This document shows positions 18,055-26,506 of a stretch of DNA of 64,000 nucleotides, one piece after another. The DNA is from Candidatus Borkfalkia faecipullorum (GTDB lineage: Bacteria; Bacillota; Clostridia; Christensenellales; Borkfalkiaceae). The stretch spans positions 1,681 to 65,680 of the forward strand of contig DXFX01000071.1 of assembly GCA_019114245.1 (NCBI GenBank), written 5' to 3'. A program made the translations under genes and the position numbers. Numbering within the stretch: the stretch's first letter is position 1; each line of letters begins with the position of its first letter. The notes below the pieces were generated by a model. It made no database searches and had not been told where the DNA came from. It saw nothing but the letters and a program-made list of their open reading frames with translations.

Positions 18055-19764
18055 ATGCTTGAAAAATTCATCGACGCCGCCATCGGCAACAAAAAGGCGG
18101 AAACAGTTTTAAAAAACGGAAGCTTCGTCAACGTGTTCACGGGCGAGATCGTCAGGGCGGATATCGCCATAGAGGGCGGCAAGATCGTCGGCTTCGGCGA
18201 ATATGAAGGGGAAACGGAATACGACATTTCGGGCAAGATCGCCGTTCCGGGACTCATCGACGCGCACGTTCACATCGAAAGCTCCCAGCTCTCGCCCGAG
18301 GAATTTGCCAAGCTGGTCCTGCCGCGCGGCACGACGACGGTCGTCGCCGACCCGCACGAGATCACAAACGTCTGCGGCATTGCTGGCGCGCAGTACATTG
18401 CGCAGGCCTGCGCGCGCACGCCTTTGGAAGCAAAGGTCATGCTCCCTTCCTGCGTGCCTGCCACCGCCTTTGAAACGAGCGGCGCCGTCCTCACGGGCGC
18501 GGATACCGAAAAATACATCCGAGAGGATTTCATCTACGGGCTGGGCGAGTTTATGAACTATCCCGGCGTCATTTACAAGGACAAAGAGGCCCTGCGCAAG
18601 CTGGAAGCGGCGCACGCGGCCGATAAGGTGATCGACGGCCATGCGCCCGATACGCACGGAAAGGGGCTCAATGCCTATCTGAGCGCGGGCATTTCCACCG
18701 ATCACGAATGCACCTCTCCCGAGGAGGCGCTGGAAAAGGTCTCCAAGGGCGTGTATGTGCATCTGCGCGAAGGTTCCGCCACGCGCAACGTTGCGGCCAA
18801 CTGCAAGGCGGTCAACGCCTATAATTTGCGCCGCTTTCTGTTCTGCACGGACGACCGCCACGCCGCAGACCTCAAAGCAAAGGGACATCTGGACAACGCG
18901 CTGCGCGTAGCCGTGGCGGCGGGCATGGATCCCGTGTGGGCGGTCATCGCCGCAACGCTCAATTCCGCCGAGTGCTACCGCCTGTACAAAAAGGGCGCCA
19001 TCGCGCCCGGGTACGATGCGGACATCGCCGTATTCGACGATCTGAAAGACTTCCGCTGCGCCTGCACCTTCAAGGGCGGGAAGCTTGTCGCCAAAGAGGG
19101 GAAAGCGCTGTTTGAAACGCACAATTTCCTGCCCGACGCCGTGAAAAATACTGTACACGTGGGCGAAGTGAAGGCGGAGGACTTCCGCCTCAAACTCAAG
19201 GGGACGCGCGCAAACGTCCTGCGCCTCATCAAGGACAACGTCGTCACCGAGCGCGTCGTGCGCGAGGTGAAGAGCGAAAACGGCGACGTCTGTCTGCAAG
19301 GAACGGACCTTCTGAAAATGGCTGTGGTGGAGAGGCACCACGGCACGGGCAACATCGGGTTGGGCCTTCTGGAAGGGTACGGATTGCACGGCGGCGCCAT
19401 CGGGCTGACCATCGCGCACGATTCGCACAACATTATCGTGCTGGGCGACAACAATGCGGACATGGCGGCCGTCGTGGCGGAATTGCGCCGCATCGGCGGC
19501 GGCATGGCGGTGGTGAAGGGGGGCAAGGCGCAGTCGCTTTCTCTCGACATTGCGGGGCTGATGAGCTCTCTCCCCGCCGACGAGTACATCGCGCAGTCGG
19601 AAGCGCTCCTGGAAAGCGCGTACGGCATGGGCATTTCCCGCGACTTCGAGGCGTTTATGAGCCTTTCTTTCCTTGCGCTCCTCGTCATTCCCTCCATCAA
19701 ACTTTCGGACAAAGGGCTGTTCGACGTCACAAAGTTTGCCTTTATCCCCGTGGACGCGGACTGA
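18055..19764 (+). CDS. ade: Adenine deaminase
   Basis: PGLIDAHVHIESS amidohydrolase metal motif; 569 aa length and overall pattern fit adenine deaminase. Confidence 0.85.
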   Translation: MLEKFIDAAIGNKKAETVLKNGSFVNVFTGEIVRADIAIEGGKIVGFGEYEGETEYDISGKIAVPGLIDAHVHIESSQLSPEEFAKLVLPRGTTTVVADPHEITNVCGIAGAQYIAQACARTPLEAKVMLPSCVPATAFETSGAVLTGADTEKYIREDFIYGLGEFMNYPGVIYKDKEALRKLEAAHAADKVIDGHAPDTHGKGLNAYLSAGISTDHECTSPEEALEKVSKGVYVHLREGSATRNVAANCKAVNAYNLRRFLFCTDDRHAADLKAKGHLDNALRVAVAAGMDPVWAVIAATLNSAECYRLYKKGAIAPGYDADIAVFDDLKDFRCACTFKGGKLVAKEGKALFETHNFLPDAVKNTVHVGEVKAEDFRLKLKGTRANVLRLIKDNVVTERVVREVKSENGDVCLQGTDLLKMAVVERHHGTGNIGLGLLEGYGLHGGAIGLTIAHDSHNIIVLGDNNADMAAVVAELRRIGGGMAVVKGGKAQSLSLDIAGLMSSLPADEYIAQSEALLESAYGMGISRDFEAFMSLSFLALLVIPSIKLSDKGLFDVTKFAFIPVDAD

Positions 19765-19798
19765 CGCTTTTTCAAGACTGATACATAACCGATTTTGC

Positions 19799-19828
19799 GG
19801 CGCCTGCCAAAGCAGGCGCCGTTTTTTT
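19799..19828 (+). terminator. Rho-independent terminator
   Basis: ggcgcctgc/gcaggcgcc stem followed by gttttttt. Confidence 0.9.
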
Positions 19829-19877
19829 GTTGTCGGGCAAAACGGCTTGTACCCGTTCTGAAAATCCTTTTCTTTAA

Positions 19878-20409
19878 TTGCCTTATCTGCTGATGACTTA
19901 TCCCTATTCGGAAACGCAGGAAACGCAGTTGGTCACTTTGACCGACCCCACGGCGATCCCTGCAGGGTATTCCTTTGACGGCTGGTGCAGACAATCCGAT
20001 CTTTCCGATGCTTCCGTTTCAAGTCTGCCCGCAGGGATTTACGGCGACATAGACCTGTACGCAAAATTCCTGCCCAATCAATATACGGTCATGCTCAATG
20101 CGGGCGGCGGCAGTCTGACGGAAAACAAGGTCACGCTCACCTTCGGGGAAAACTTCACTCTTCCCGTACCCGTGCGCGAGGGCTATACGTTCGGCGGATG
20201 GTTTCCTCATCGACGGAACGCAGGTCACGGACGGGGAGGGCAGATCTCTCGGTGAATTCGGAGAAAAAATGCTCGGCTTTGTTTCCTCGGGTTCCATTCA
20301 GCTGGTTGCCCGCTGGACGAGCGGGAATTCCTCGTCTGCACGGCAGGCCGCAGGGATGCCGTCTGTTTCGGAACAGGCGGCCATGCCTGTCAAAAAGAAA
20401 ATCGGCTAA
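19878..20409 (+). pseudogene. 5'-truncated, frameshifted remnant of a Listeria-Bacteroides-repeat surface protein, paralogous to the 20824-23229 gene
   Basis: DPTAIPAGYSFDGWC..LPAGIYGDIDLYAKF..YTVMLNAGGG..REGYTFGGWF aligns to aa ~520-640 of the neighbouring gene. Around 20205 the reading frame shifts by +1 and continues LIDGTQVTDGEGRSL..LVARW to a stop at 20407-20409. Confidence 0.75.
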
Positions 20410-20415
20410 TTCTTT

Positions 20416-20475
20416 GCAGCCCTCCTGCCCCTCGCAGGAGGGCTGCCTGCGTCTGCACGGGCGGCAGGCTTTTTT
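20416..20475 (+). terminator. Two hairpins after the remnant; the second has a T-run
   Basis: 13-bp stem gcagccctcctgc/gcaggagggctgc, then gcctgc/gcaggc followed by tttttt. Confidence 0.5.
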
Positions 20476-20619
20476 ACTCTGAAATATGTAGATAACAAAT
20501 ATTTTGTTTTCAGTAAAAGGGACGTGTTTTTGCGGGAACGTTGATGAAAAATTACTGCAATTTATCGAAAGCTTCGGACATAAAATTCTCCGAAAAAGGG
20601 CAAAAATTTGGTTTTTTGT

Positions 20620-20635
20620 TGCACATTTATGTGCA
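20620..20635. promoter_or_regulatory. Perfect 7-2-7 palindrome TGCACAT-TT-ATGTGCA (candidate operator)
   Basis: Read directly. Sits in an AT-rich region about 110 bp upstream of the -35 at 20743. Confidence 0.3.
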
Positions 20636-20742
20636 TATCGATAGAAAACGTCTATTAAGTTTGTTTTTATATCTCTGTGTCCAAAATGAAAAAATTTTGT
20701 ATTTTTTACAATTTTGTCATACGGAAATGCGCATTGTAACAT

Positions 20743-20771
20743 TGACAAGAATAATACAAAGTGTTATAATA
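20743..20771 (+). promoter_or_regulatory. Consensus promoter TTGACA-17-TATAAT
   Basis: Hexamers read directly. Confidence 0.75.
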
Positions 20772-20823
20772 AGGAAAAGTTAAGACGAACGCAGACAGGG
20801 CACTTTCAAAAGGGAGCGCGGCG

Positions 20824-23229
20824 ATGCGGAAAAGAGAGAAAAACTTCCGCGCTTGTCTGTATTTTTTTGGTGGGTGGTCAGAAATGAAGCTTGACGACAT
20901 ACTTAATTTTTTGTTCAGAACGCGCCGTGGCCTGGGAGTCGTGGCGATTTCCACGTTGGGAGGAGCGCTGCTCACGGGCGGCTGTTTCCTGACGGACGTG
21001 ATGGCGTGTGCCTGCGATCAGACGGGTTGCGGCGTGTGCGCGGGCTGTCTGAGCGATCTGGACAGCTGCGTCAACGAACTTTGCACCTGCGGTGAACCGG
21101 ACTGCAACGGTTGCACGTCCTGCCTGTTTGGGGACGGCTGTACGCAGCAAAACGGAAACTGCACGACGGATTGCGGCGGCCTGAACAGGACCTGTTTTAC
21201 GGACTGCGGCCTTTCCTGCGGCGGTGACTGCAGCGAAATGACCTGCAATTTCATCAACTGTCAGTCCACCTGTACGGAGCCTGCAAAACCCAGATATGAT
21301 GCGGATCTCATCTGGATCAACAGCACGGCGGGCGACAAGATCGGGACCTCAACGACCTCCTCGTATGAAGAGGGGACGAAAGTCACCCAGATTTCCACAA
21401 ACAACTCGGGCGATTATTATGAGATCGAAGGGTTCTATACAAGTTATGAAAACGGGGAATTTTCCGACCGCATTGCGGGTTCGGACGGCAAACTGATAAA
21501 AGACATTAAGGCGGAGGATCTGCCCTCCACGATCTATGTAAACTGCACGGAGCTGTACTTCGGAGAATCGAGACAGATCCAATTCAGGGCGGTCACCATG
21601 CAGAACGGCGAAGCTCAGGAGCTGAATGCCGAGATCGATTCCATGAGCGTCATGGTCGGTATGCCGATCGGCGAAGTCCCCGAATTCCCGACCATCGAGG
21701 GATACAATTTTGCCGAACTGAGGAATCGGGACGGATACACGGTCACGCTGCAGACGGGCGAAAATTTCCATCTGTATTCCTATAGCTTCGATCCGCAGGA
21801 TCTCCTGCCGGAACTCCTTGTCGTCTATGAGCCCATTTCTCTCGAAGTCAGCTTTAAAGTGGACAATATGGCGTACATTTTGTCGGACGTCAGTTACAAC
21901 GAAATGTTCATAAACTTGTTCACAAGGTTTGAAAGCGAATATCCCGACGTGCTGACAGGAGACGGCTCGCGCGAGTTTGTCGGCTGGTCTTATCAGAAAG
22001 AGATCTTCGATCCGGTTTCCGGTCAGGACAGGGTGACGTCCGGAGTCACGGTGTACGCGATCTGGAGCGAATACGTCACGCTCACGCTGCATTATACGCA
22101 GGGCCCCGAATCGGACGTCACTTCGCAGCAGACATACCTCAGCGGCACGTCCGTCACGCTCGGCAGGCTGGAACCTGTGGGCAGATACACCTTTGAAGGG
22201 TGGTATCTGGATGCGGGCTTCATGCAGCCGTTTACGGACGGCAGCGAACTGTATGCGCAGCATCTGTATGCAAAGTGGTCAGCTGCCGATAAATATATGA
22301 TCTACTATTATCTGGACGATTCGGGCATCGTCTATCTGCGCGACGAATACACCTATTCCTCGACTTCTCCTTATATCCTGCAGGAGATCACCGATCCTTC
22401 CGTCATTCCCGTGGGCTACGAGTTTGCGGGCTGGTGCAGGGAAAAAGATCTCTCCGACACCCCCATCGAAAGGCTGCCCGCAGGCGTTTACGGCGATCAG
22501 TACCTTTACGCGAAATTTGAACCCAGGCAATACACGATCCGCCTCAATCCGGGCGCAGGCAGTCTCGGCAACGGCAACACCGCCTACGTTACTTTCGGGG
22601 AAAGGTACGAATTGCCCGTTCCCGTGCGTACGGGTTACGATTTTGCAGGCTGGTTCCTGACCAACGGTCTGCAGTGTACGGACGGGGAAGGAAACTCTCT
22701 CAATGTATTCGATGCTTCGTTGGCGGAGCAGGCGGAAAGCGACTCCCTGCAGATGGTCGCCCGTTGGGAAGTGGCAAAATGTACGCTGACCTTCTACAAC
22801 TGGGATAACAGCGTAATTTTCAGTACGGAAGTGGAATACGGCACCGCCCCCGGGCATCTTGCGCAGCTGGACGTTCCTCCCGAGAGGCCGGGCTATACTT
22901 TCACGGGCTGGGATGGCATCGACGGGGGTGACTTTGACGAAAACGAGATCGTCAGGGAAGACCTCAGATACAGGGCTGAATTCTCGCCCAACGTCTACAC
23001 GATCACGCTGGATGCAAACGGCGGAACGTTCGGGGACGGCCAGAGCACGAAAGAAGTGAAGATCACCTACGGTACGGCCATCAGTCTGGACGTGCCGACG
23101 CGCGAGGGATATACCTTCCTCGGCTGGTACGATGCGGAGGGGAACGAAGTCACCTCCTTCGACGGCGTCATGACGGATGAGTACGCGGAGACAGGCAACA
23201 TCACTCTGTACGCAAAGTGGTTTCAGTGA
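20824..23229 (+). CDS. Secreted protein with an N-terminal TM/signal segment, a 22-Cys module and multiple Listeria-Bacteroides (Flg_new/InlB B-repeat-type) repeats
   Basis: Repeats such as YTITLDANGGTFGDG..REGYTFLGWYD..ITLYAKW. Cys-rich region spans aa 54-150. An alternative start lies at 20884 (MKLDD..). Confidence 0.8.
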   Translation: MRKREKNFRACLYFFGGWSEMKLDDILNFLFRTRRGLGVVAISTLGGALLTGGCFLTDVMACACDQTGCGVCAGCLSDLDSCVNELCTCGEPDCNGCTSCLFGDGCTQQNGNCTTDCGGLNRTCFTDCGLSCGGDCSEMTCNFINCQSTCTEPAKPRYDADLIWINSTAGDKIGTSTTSSYEEGTKVTQISTNNSGDYYEIEGFYTSYENGEFSDRIAGSDGKLIKDIKAEDLPSTIYVNCTELYFGESRQIQFRAVTMQNGEAQELNAEIDSMSVMVGMPIGEVPEFPTIEGYNFAELRNRDGYTVTLQTGENFHLYSYSFDPQDLLPELLVVYEPISLEVSFKVDNMAYILSDVSYNEMFINLFTRFESEYPDVLTGDGSREFVGWSYQKEIFDPVSGQDRVTSGVTVYAIWSEYVTLTLHYTQGPESDVTSQQTYLSGTSVTLGRLEPVGRYTFEGWYLDAGFMQPFTDGSELYAQHLYAKWSAADKYMIYYYLDDSGIVYLRDEYTYSSTSPYILQEITDPSVIPVGYEFAGWCREKDLSDTPIERLPAGVYGDQYLYAKFEPRQYTIRLNPGAGSLGNGNTAYVTFGERYELPVPVRTGYDFAGWFLTNGLQCTDGEGNSLNVFDASLAEQAESDSLQMVARWEVAKCTLTFYNWDNSVIFSTEVEYGTAPGHLAQLDVPPERPGYTFTGWDGIDGGDFDENEIVREDLRYRAEFSPNVYTITLDANGGTFGDGQSTKEVKITYGTAISLDVPTREGYTFLGWYDAEGNEVTSFDGVMTDEYAETGNITLYAKWFQ

Positions 23230-23277
23230 TCGGACATTTACAACAAACAATATAAAATAAAGCAGAGGAGGATAAAT

Positions 23278-26200
23278 ATGTCAGCAAGATTGAAAAAGAT
23301 GATCTGCCTGCTGGCGGTTTCGGCAGTGCTTGCCGTGGCAGGGGTTCTGTTTGCCGCCTGCGGCGAGAAAAAGGAACCGCCCCAGGCGGTGGACGCGAGC
23401 ACCATCAAGTACGACGGCTCGCTGTTTTCCTGGACGGCGCCCGACGGCGCAACTTCTTACACCATCACGGTGAACGGCACGCAGCTTTCCGTCCCCAACG
23501 GGACGTCGAGGAGCTATCCTGCCGTCTCCTTCCCCGCGGATACGTACGAGTTTTCCATTGTCGCGGAAAACGAATACGGTACCAGCGAATCCGTTTCCAA
23601 ATCTTTCTACCGTCTGGAAACCATCGGGACGGAGGACATCACCTTTGACGAAACGGGCAAAATGTCCTGGACTCCCGTCGTGGGCGCTCTCGAATACGTC
23701 GTGGAAGTCAACGGCGAACAGACCGTGACGCCCGCCACGGAATTTTCGGATTTTGTCTACGGCGAGCGCAACCAGATCCGCATCAAATCCAACGGCACGG
23801 ACGATACGTACTTCTCATTCTGGAGCGAAACGCTCTCCAAGACCTATCTCGCTTCGCCTACGGACGTGGCGTATGACGGGCAGTACATCACCTGGAAAGG
23901 TTCGTCCGCCGCAAGGGAATACACCGTCTACATCAACGGCGGCCTGTACGAGACGAGCACTTCCACAAAACTTCTGTACGACGCGCAGGATCTGGATTTC
24001 ACCGTAGAAGTCGCGGCGGAAGGGGACGGCGTGAGCAGCTTCCCTTCGGGCAAGAGCGAGGAAAAGGAATTTCTCTTCCTCGGCCAGGTGAAAAACATCC
24101 GCGTCAGCGAGGGCGTGCTCCTGTGGGACGCCGTCGACAACGCCACCGCGTACCTCATCCGCATCAACGGTTCGGCAGAAAAGCGCGTGACGGAGACAAA
24201 ATACACTCTCACGGCGGGCAGTTCGCAGACCGTGAGCATCCGCCCCGTCGCGTCCGACGAAGCCACCTATTTCTCTTCGTGGACGGATCAGCAGTCTTTC
24301 TTCGTGCTGCGCGCTCCCCAGCTGCTGTGGGACAGCGCCCAGGTCCCCGACGGAACGCCCATGCGCAATCTGTACTGGAACGCCGTCAACGGCGACGTGA
24401 GCGGCTACAACATCCGCGTCACCACTCCTTCGGGCGAGCAGAGCGATACCTATACGGATTCCGCACAGCCCTCTTTCCTGTACGGATTTGACGAGGTGGG
24501 CGAGTATTCCGTCAGCGTGCAGTCTGTCGCGGGCACGGGTACGGGAACGGAAAATTCCGCATTCTCCGCGCCCATCACCGTCATCCGCCTTGCCGCTCCC
24601 AACAGGGATGCGAAGAACTTTATCGTCAGTGACGCTTCCGACCTTACAGAAGGTTTCGACGTCTACTATACGAGCGTTTCGGGCGCTTCGCGCTACCGCC
24701 TGTACAAGGACGGAACGCAAACGCAGATCACTTCCTCCACGCCGTCCATGCACGTCACGCAGGTTGTGGAACAGGATAGCATGGCCCAGCGCACCATCAC
24801 TTACGGAATTGCCAGCGAGGGCAGCGTAAAGACGATCGGCGGCGAAACGGTGGTCACCCTTTCCTCTCTCACAAAGGATATGCTCACCTTTGACGTCACC
24901 GTTCTTCCCGCGCCTACCAACGTCAACATCAGCGGCGGCGTGGTCACGTGGGACGCCAATTTATCGGCAAACGGATACACCGTCAACATCGGCACCCTGC
25001 GCGACGTGGATTATGCGCAGTACAATCTCTCTTCGATCACCACGGCGGGTTCTTACGAACTGTCCGTCTGCTCGCGCGGCAACGGCAAGGAAGTGCTTCC
25101 TTCCTCGTATACGGCGGCGCTCAGCATCACCAAACTCAGCGCTCCCACGGGCATCCGCGTGGATACGACGGTCAACGAGGGCCAGCTTCTCTGGGATTCC
25201 GTCCGCAATGCTTCCAGCTACAACATTTACTTCAACGGCAGCAACGAGCCGATCGACGACACGCAGCTGGATAACATCAACAACTACATCACAGTCGACA
25301 CCGTCACCGTCGTCATCGAGGCGGTCGCGGATACGTGGAATGCCGATCATACCGAATACTTTATTTCTTCCAACCGCTCCAATACGGCGCTCTTCACAAA
25401 GCTTGCGCCCGTAACCTTCAACGATCCCACGTTTACCTCCACGGAGCTTTTGTGGAATCCTCCCGCAAACTATTCGGGAGCCGTTTCCTATCAGGTCTAC
25501 GACGGGCAGGGCTATCTCTACGACGGCAGGATCGACGGCACGCGCATGGATCTCTCCACGCTGAAAGCGGGGTACTACACCTTCTGCGTCAAGTGCATCG
25601 GCGACGGCACCAACACCATCAACTCCGATCTGTCCACCCCCGTTTCCATCGAAAAACTGGAAACGCCGGACGTCGTCAGGTCGGACACTGTGTACACCTG
25701 GGACCGCATTTCGGGTGCGCAGAGCTATACCGTGTATGTGGACGGAACGCTCGCCGCAACCATTCAGCAGGAGGATGAGAAGGCCGCTTACGAATTCAAG
25801 CCCGCGTTTGACAGCATCAAGACGTACACGGTCACCGTCACGGCGATCGGCGACGGCGGATATAGGTTTATCGATTCCACGCCCTTCGAGCTTAAACAGG
25901 TGGTCAACCAGCTCTCCGCTCCCAAGATCAGTTTCTACTACGATAAGGAATCCTATCAGCCGGACGGTAACATCGTCATCACGGTCGATACGGAGGGCCG
26001 CGAACTGGATACGGGGTATCGCTACATCGTCAACGACGTGATCGTCTGCGAAGCCACGACGGAAGCTTCATACAGCTACAATGCAAGGAACAAGGGCGCG
26101 CACACCGTTGCCGTGGTCGCTCTGGGCGGCCGCTTCGACGGAAACGGCGTCTACTATATCGACTCGCCGCGCGCGGGCGGAAACGACACGGCAAAGATCA

Positions 26201-26457
26201 CCCTGCTGGATGCTCCCAACCAGAGCAGCATTGCCATCTCCAAAGAGGGGAGGATCACCTGGTCGGCCGTGGCAAACAACAACAACGGCTACGAACTGAT
26301 CATCACCTACGGAGACGGTACCGAACAGAAGACGGTAAAGACGCAGGGCGCGCAGTACACGGACGCGAACTACGCAAACATCGTATCCATCCAGATCCGC
26401 GCTCTGGGCAACGGCGTCACTTCGGTCAGCTCCGAGTGGGTCACCTGGACAAAATAA
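23278..26457 (+). CDS. Large lipoprotein (1059 aa) built from about 11 FN3-like repeats
   Basis: Lipobox LFAAC after a hydrophobic signal sequence. Recurrent W-x-[AVP]-V-x-[GN]A-x-x-Y-x-[VI]-x-[VI]-NG signature (for example MSWTPVVGALEYVVEVNG, LLWDSVRNASSYNIYFNG). AGGAGG RBS. Confidence 0.8.
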   Translation: MSARLKKMICLLAVSAVLAVAGVLFAACGEKKEPPQAVDASTIKYDGSLFSWTAPDGATSYTITVNGTQLSVPNGTSRSYPAVSFPADTYEFSIVAENEYGTSESVSKSFYRLETIGTEDITFDETGKMSWTPVVGALEYVVEVNGEQTVTPATEFSDFVYGERNQIRIKSNGTDDTYFSFWSETLSKTYLASPTDVAYDGQYITWKGSSAAREYTVYINGGLYETSTSTKLLYDAQDLDFTVEVAAEGDGVSSFPSGKSEEKEFLFLGQVKNIRVSEGVLLWDAVDNATAYLIRINGSAEKRVTETKYTLTAGSSQTVSIRPVASDEATYFSSWTDQQSFFVLRAPQLLWDSAQVPDGTPMRNLYWNAVNGDVSGYNIRVTTPSGEQSDTYTDSAQPSFLYGFDEVGEYSVSVQSVAGTGTGTENSAFSAPITVIRLAAPNRDAKNFIVSDASDLTEGFDVYYTSVSGASRYRLYKDGTQTQITSSTPSMHVTQVVEQDSMAQRTITYGIASEGSVKTIGGETVVTLSSLTKDMLTFDVTVLPAPTNVNISGGVVTWDANLSANGYTVNIGTLRDVDYAQYNLSSITTAGSYELSVCSRGNGKEVLPSSYTAALSITKLSAPTGIRVDTTVNEGQLLWDSVRNASSYNIYFNGSNEPIDDTQLDNINNYITVDTVTVVIEAVADTWNADHTEYFISSNRSNTALFTKLAPVTFNDPTFTSTELLWNPPANYSGAVSYQVYDGQGYLYDGRIDGTRMDLSTLKAGYYTFCVKCIGDGTNTINSDLSTPVSIEKLETPDVVRSDTVYTWDRISGAQSYTVYVDGTLAATIQQEDEKAAYEFKPAFDSIKTYTVTVTAIGDGGYRFIDSTPFELKQVVNQLSAPKISFYYDKESYQPDGNIVITVDTEGRELDTGYRYIVNDVIVCEATTEASYSYNARNKGAHTVAVVALGGRFDGNGVYYIDSPRAGGNDTAKITLLDAPNQSSIAISKEGRITWSAVANNNNGYELIITYGDGTEQKTVKTQGAQYTDANYANIVSIQIRALGNGVTSVSSEWVTWTK

Positions 26458-26506
26458 CGAATGAGTTTTAAGCCCCGCAGGCGCCGCCTGCGGGGCAGGA
26501 GACAGA

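Noticed and set aside
19878-22770. Diversity-generating retroelement (template/variable repeat pair) formed by the remnant and its paralogous segment
   Set aside because: There is no reverse transcriptase or accessory gene nearby. Divergence is spread over all bases rather than adenine-specific, and the remnant is frameshifted.
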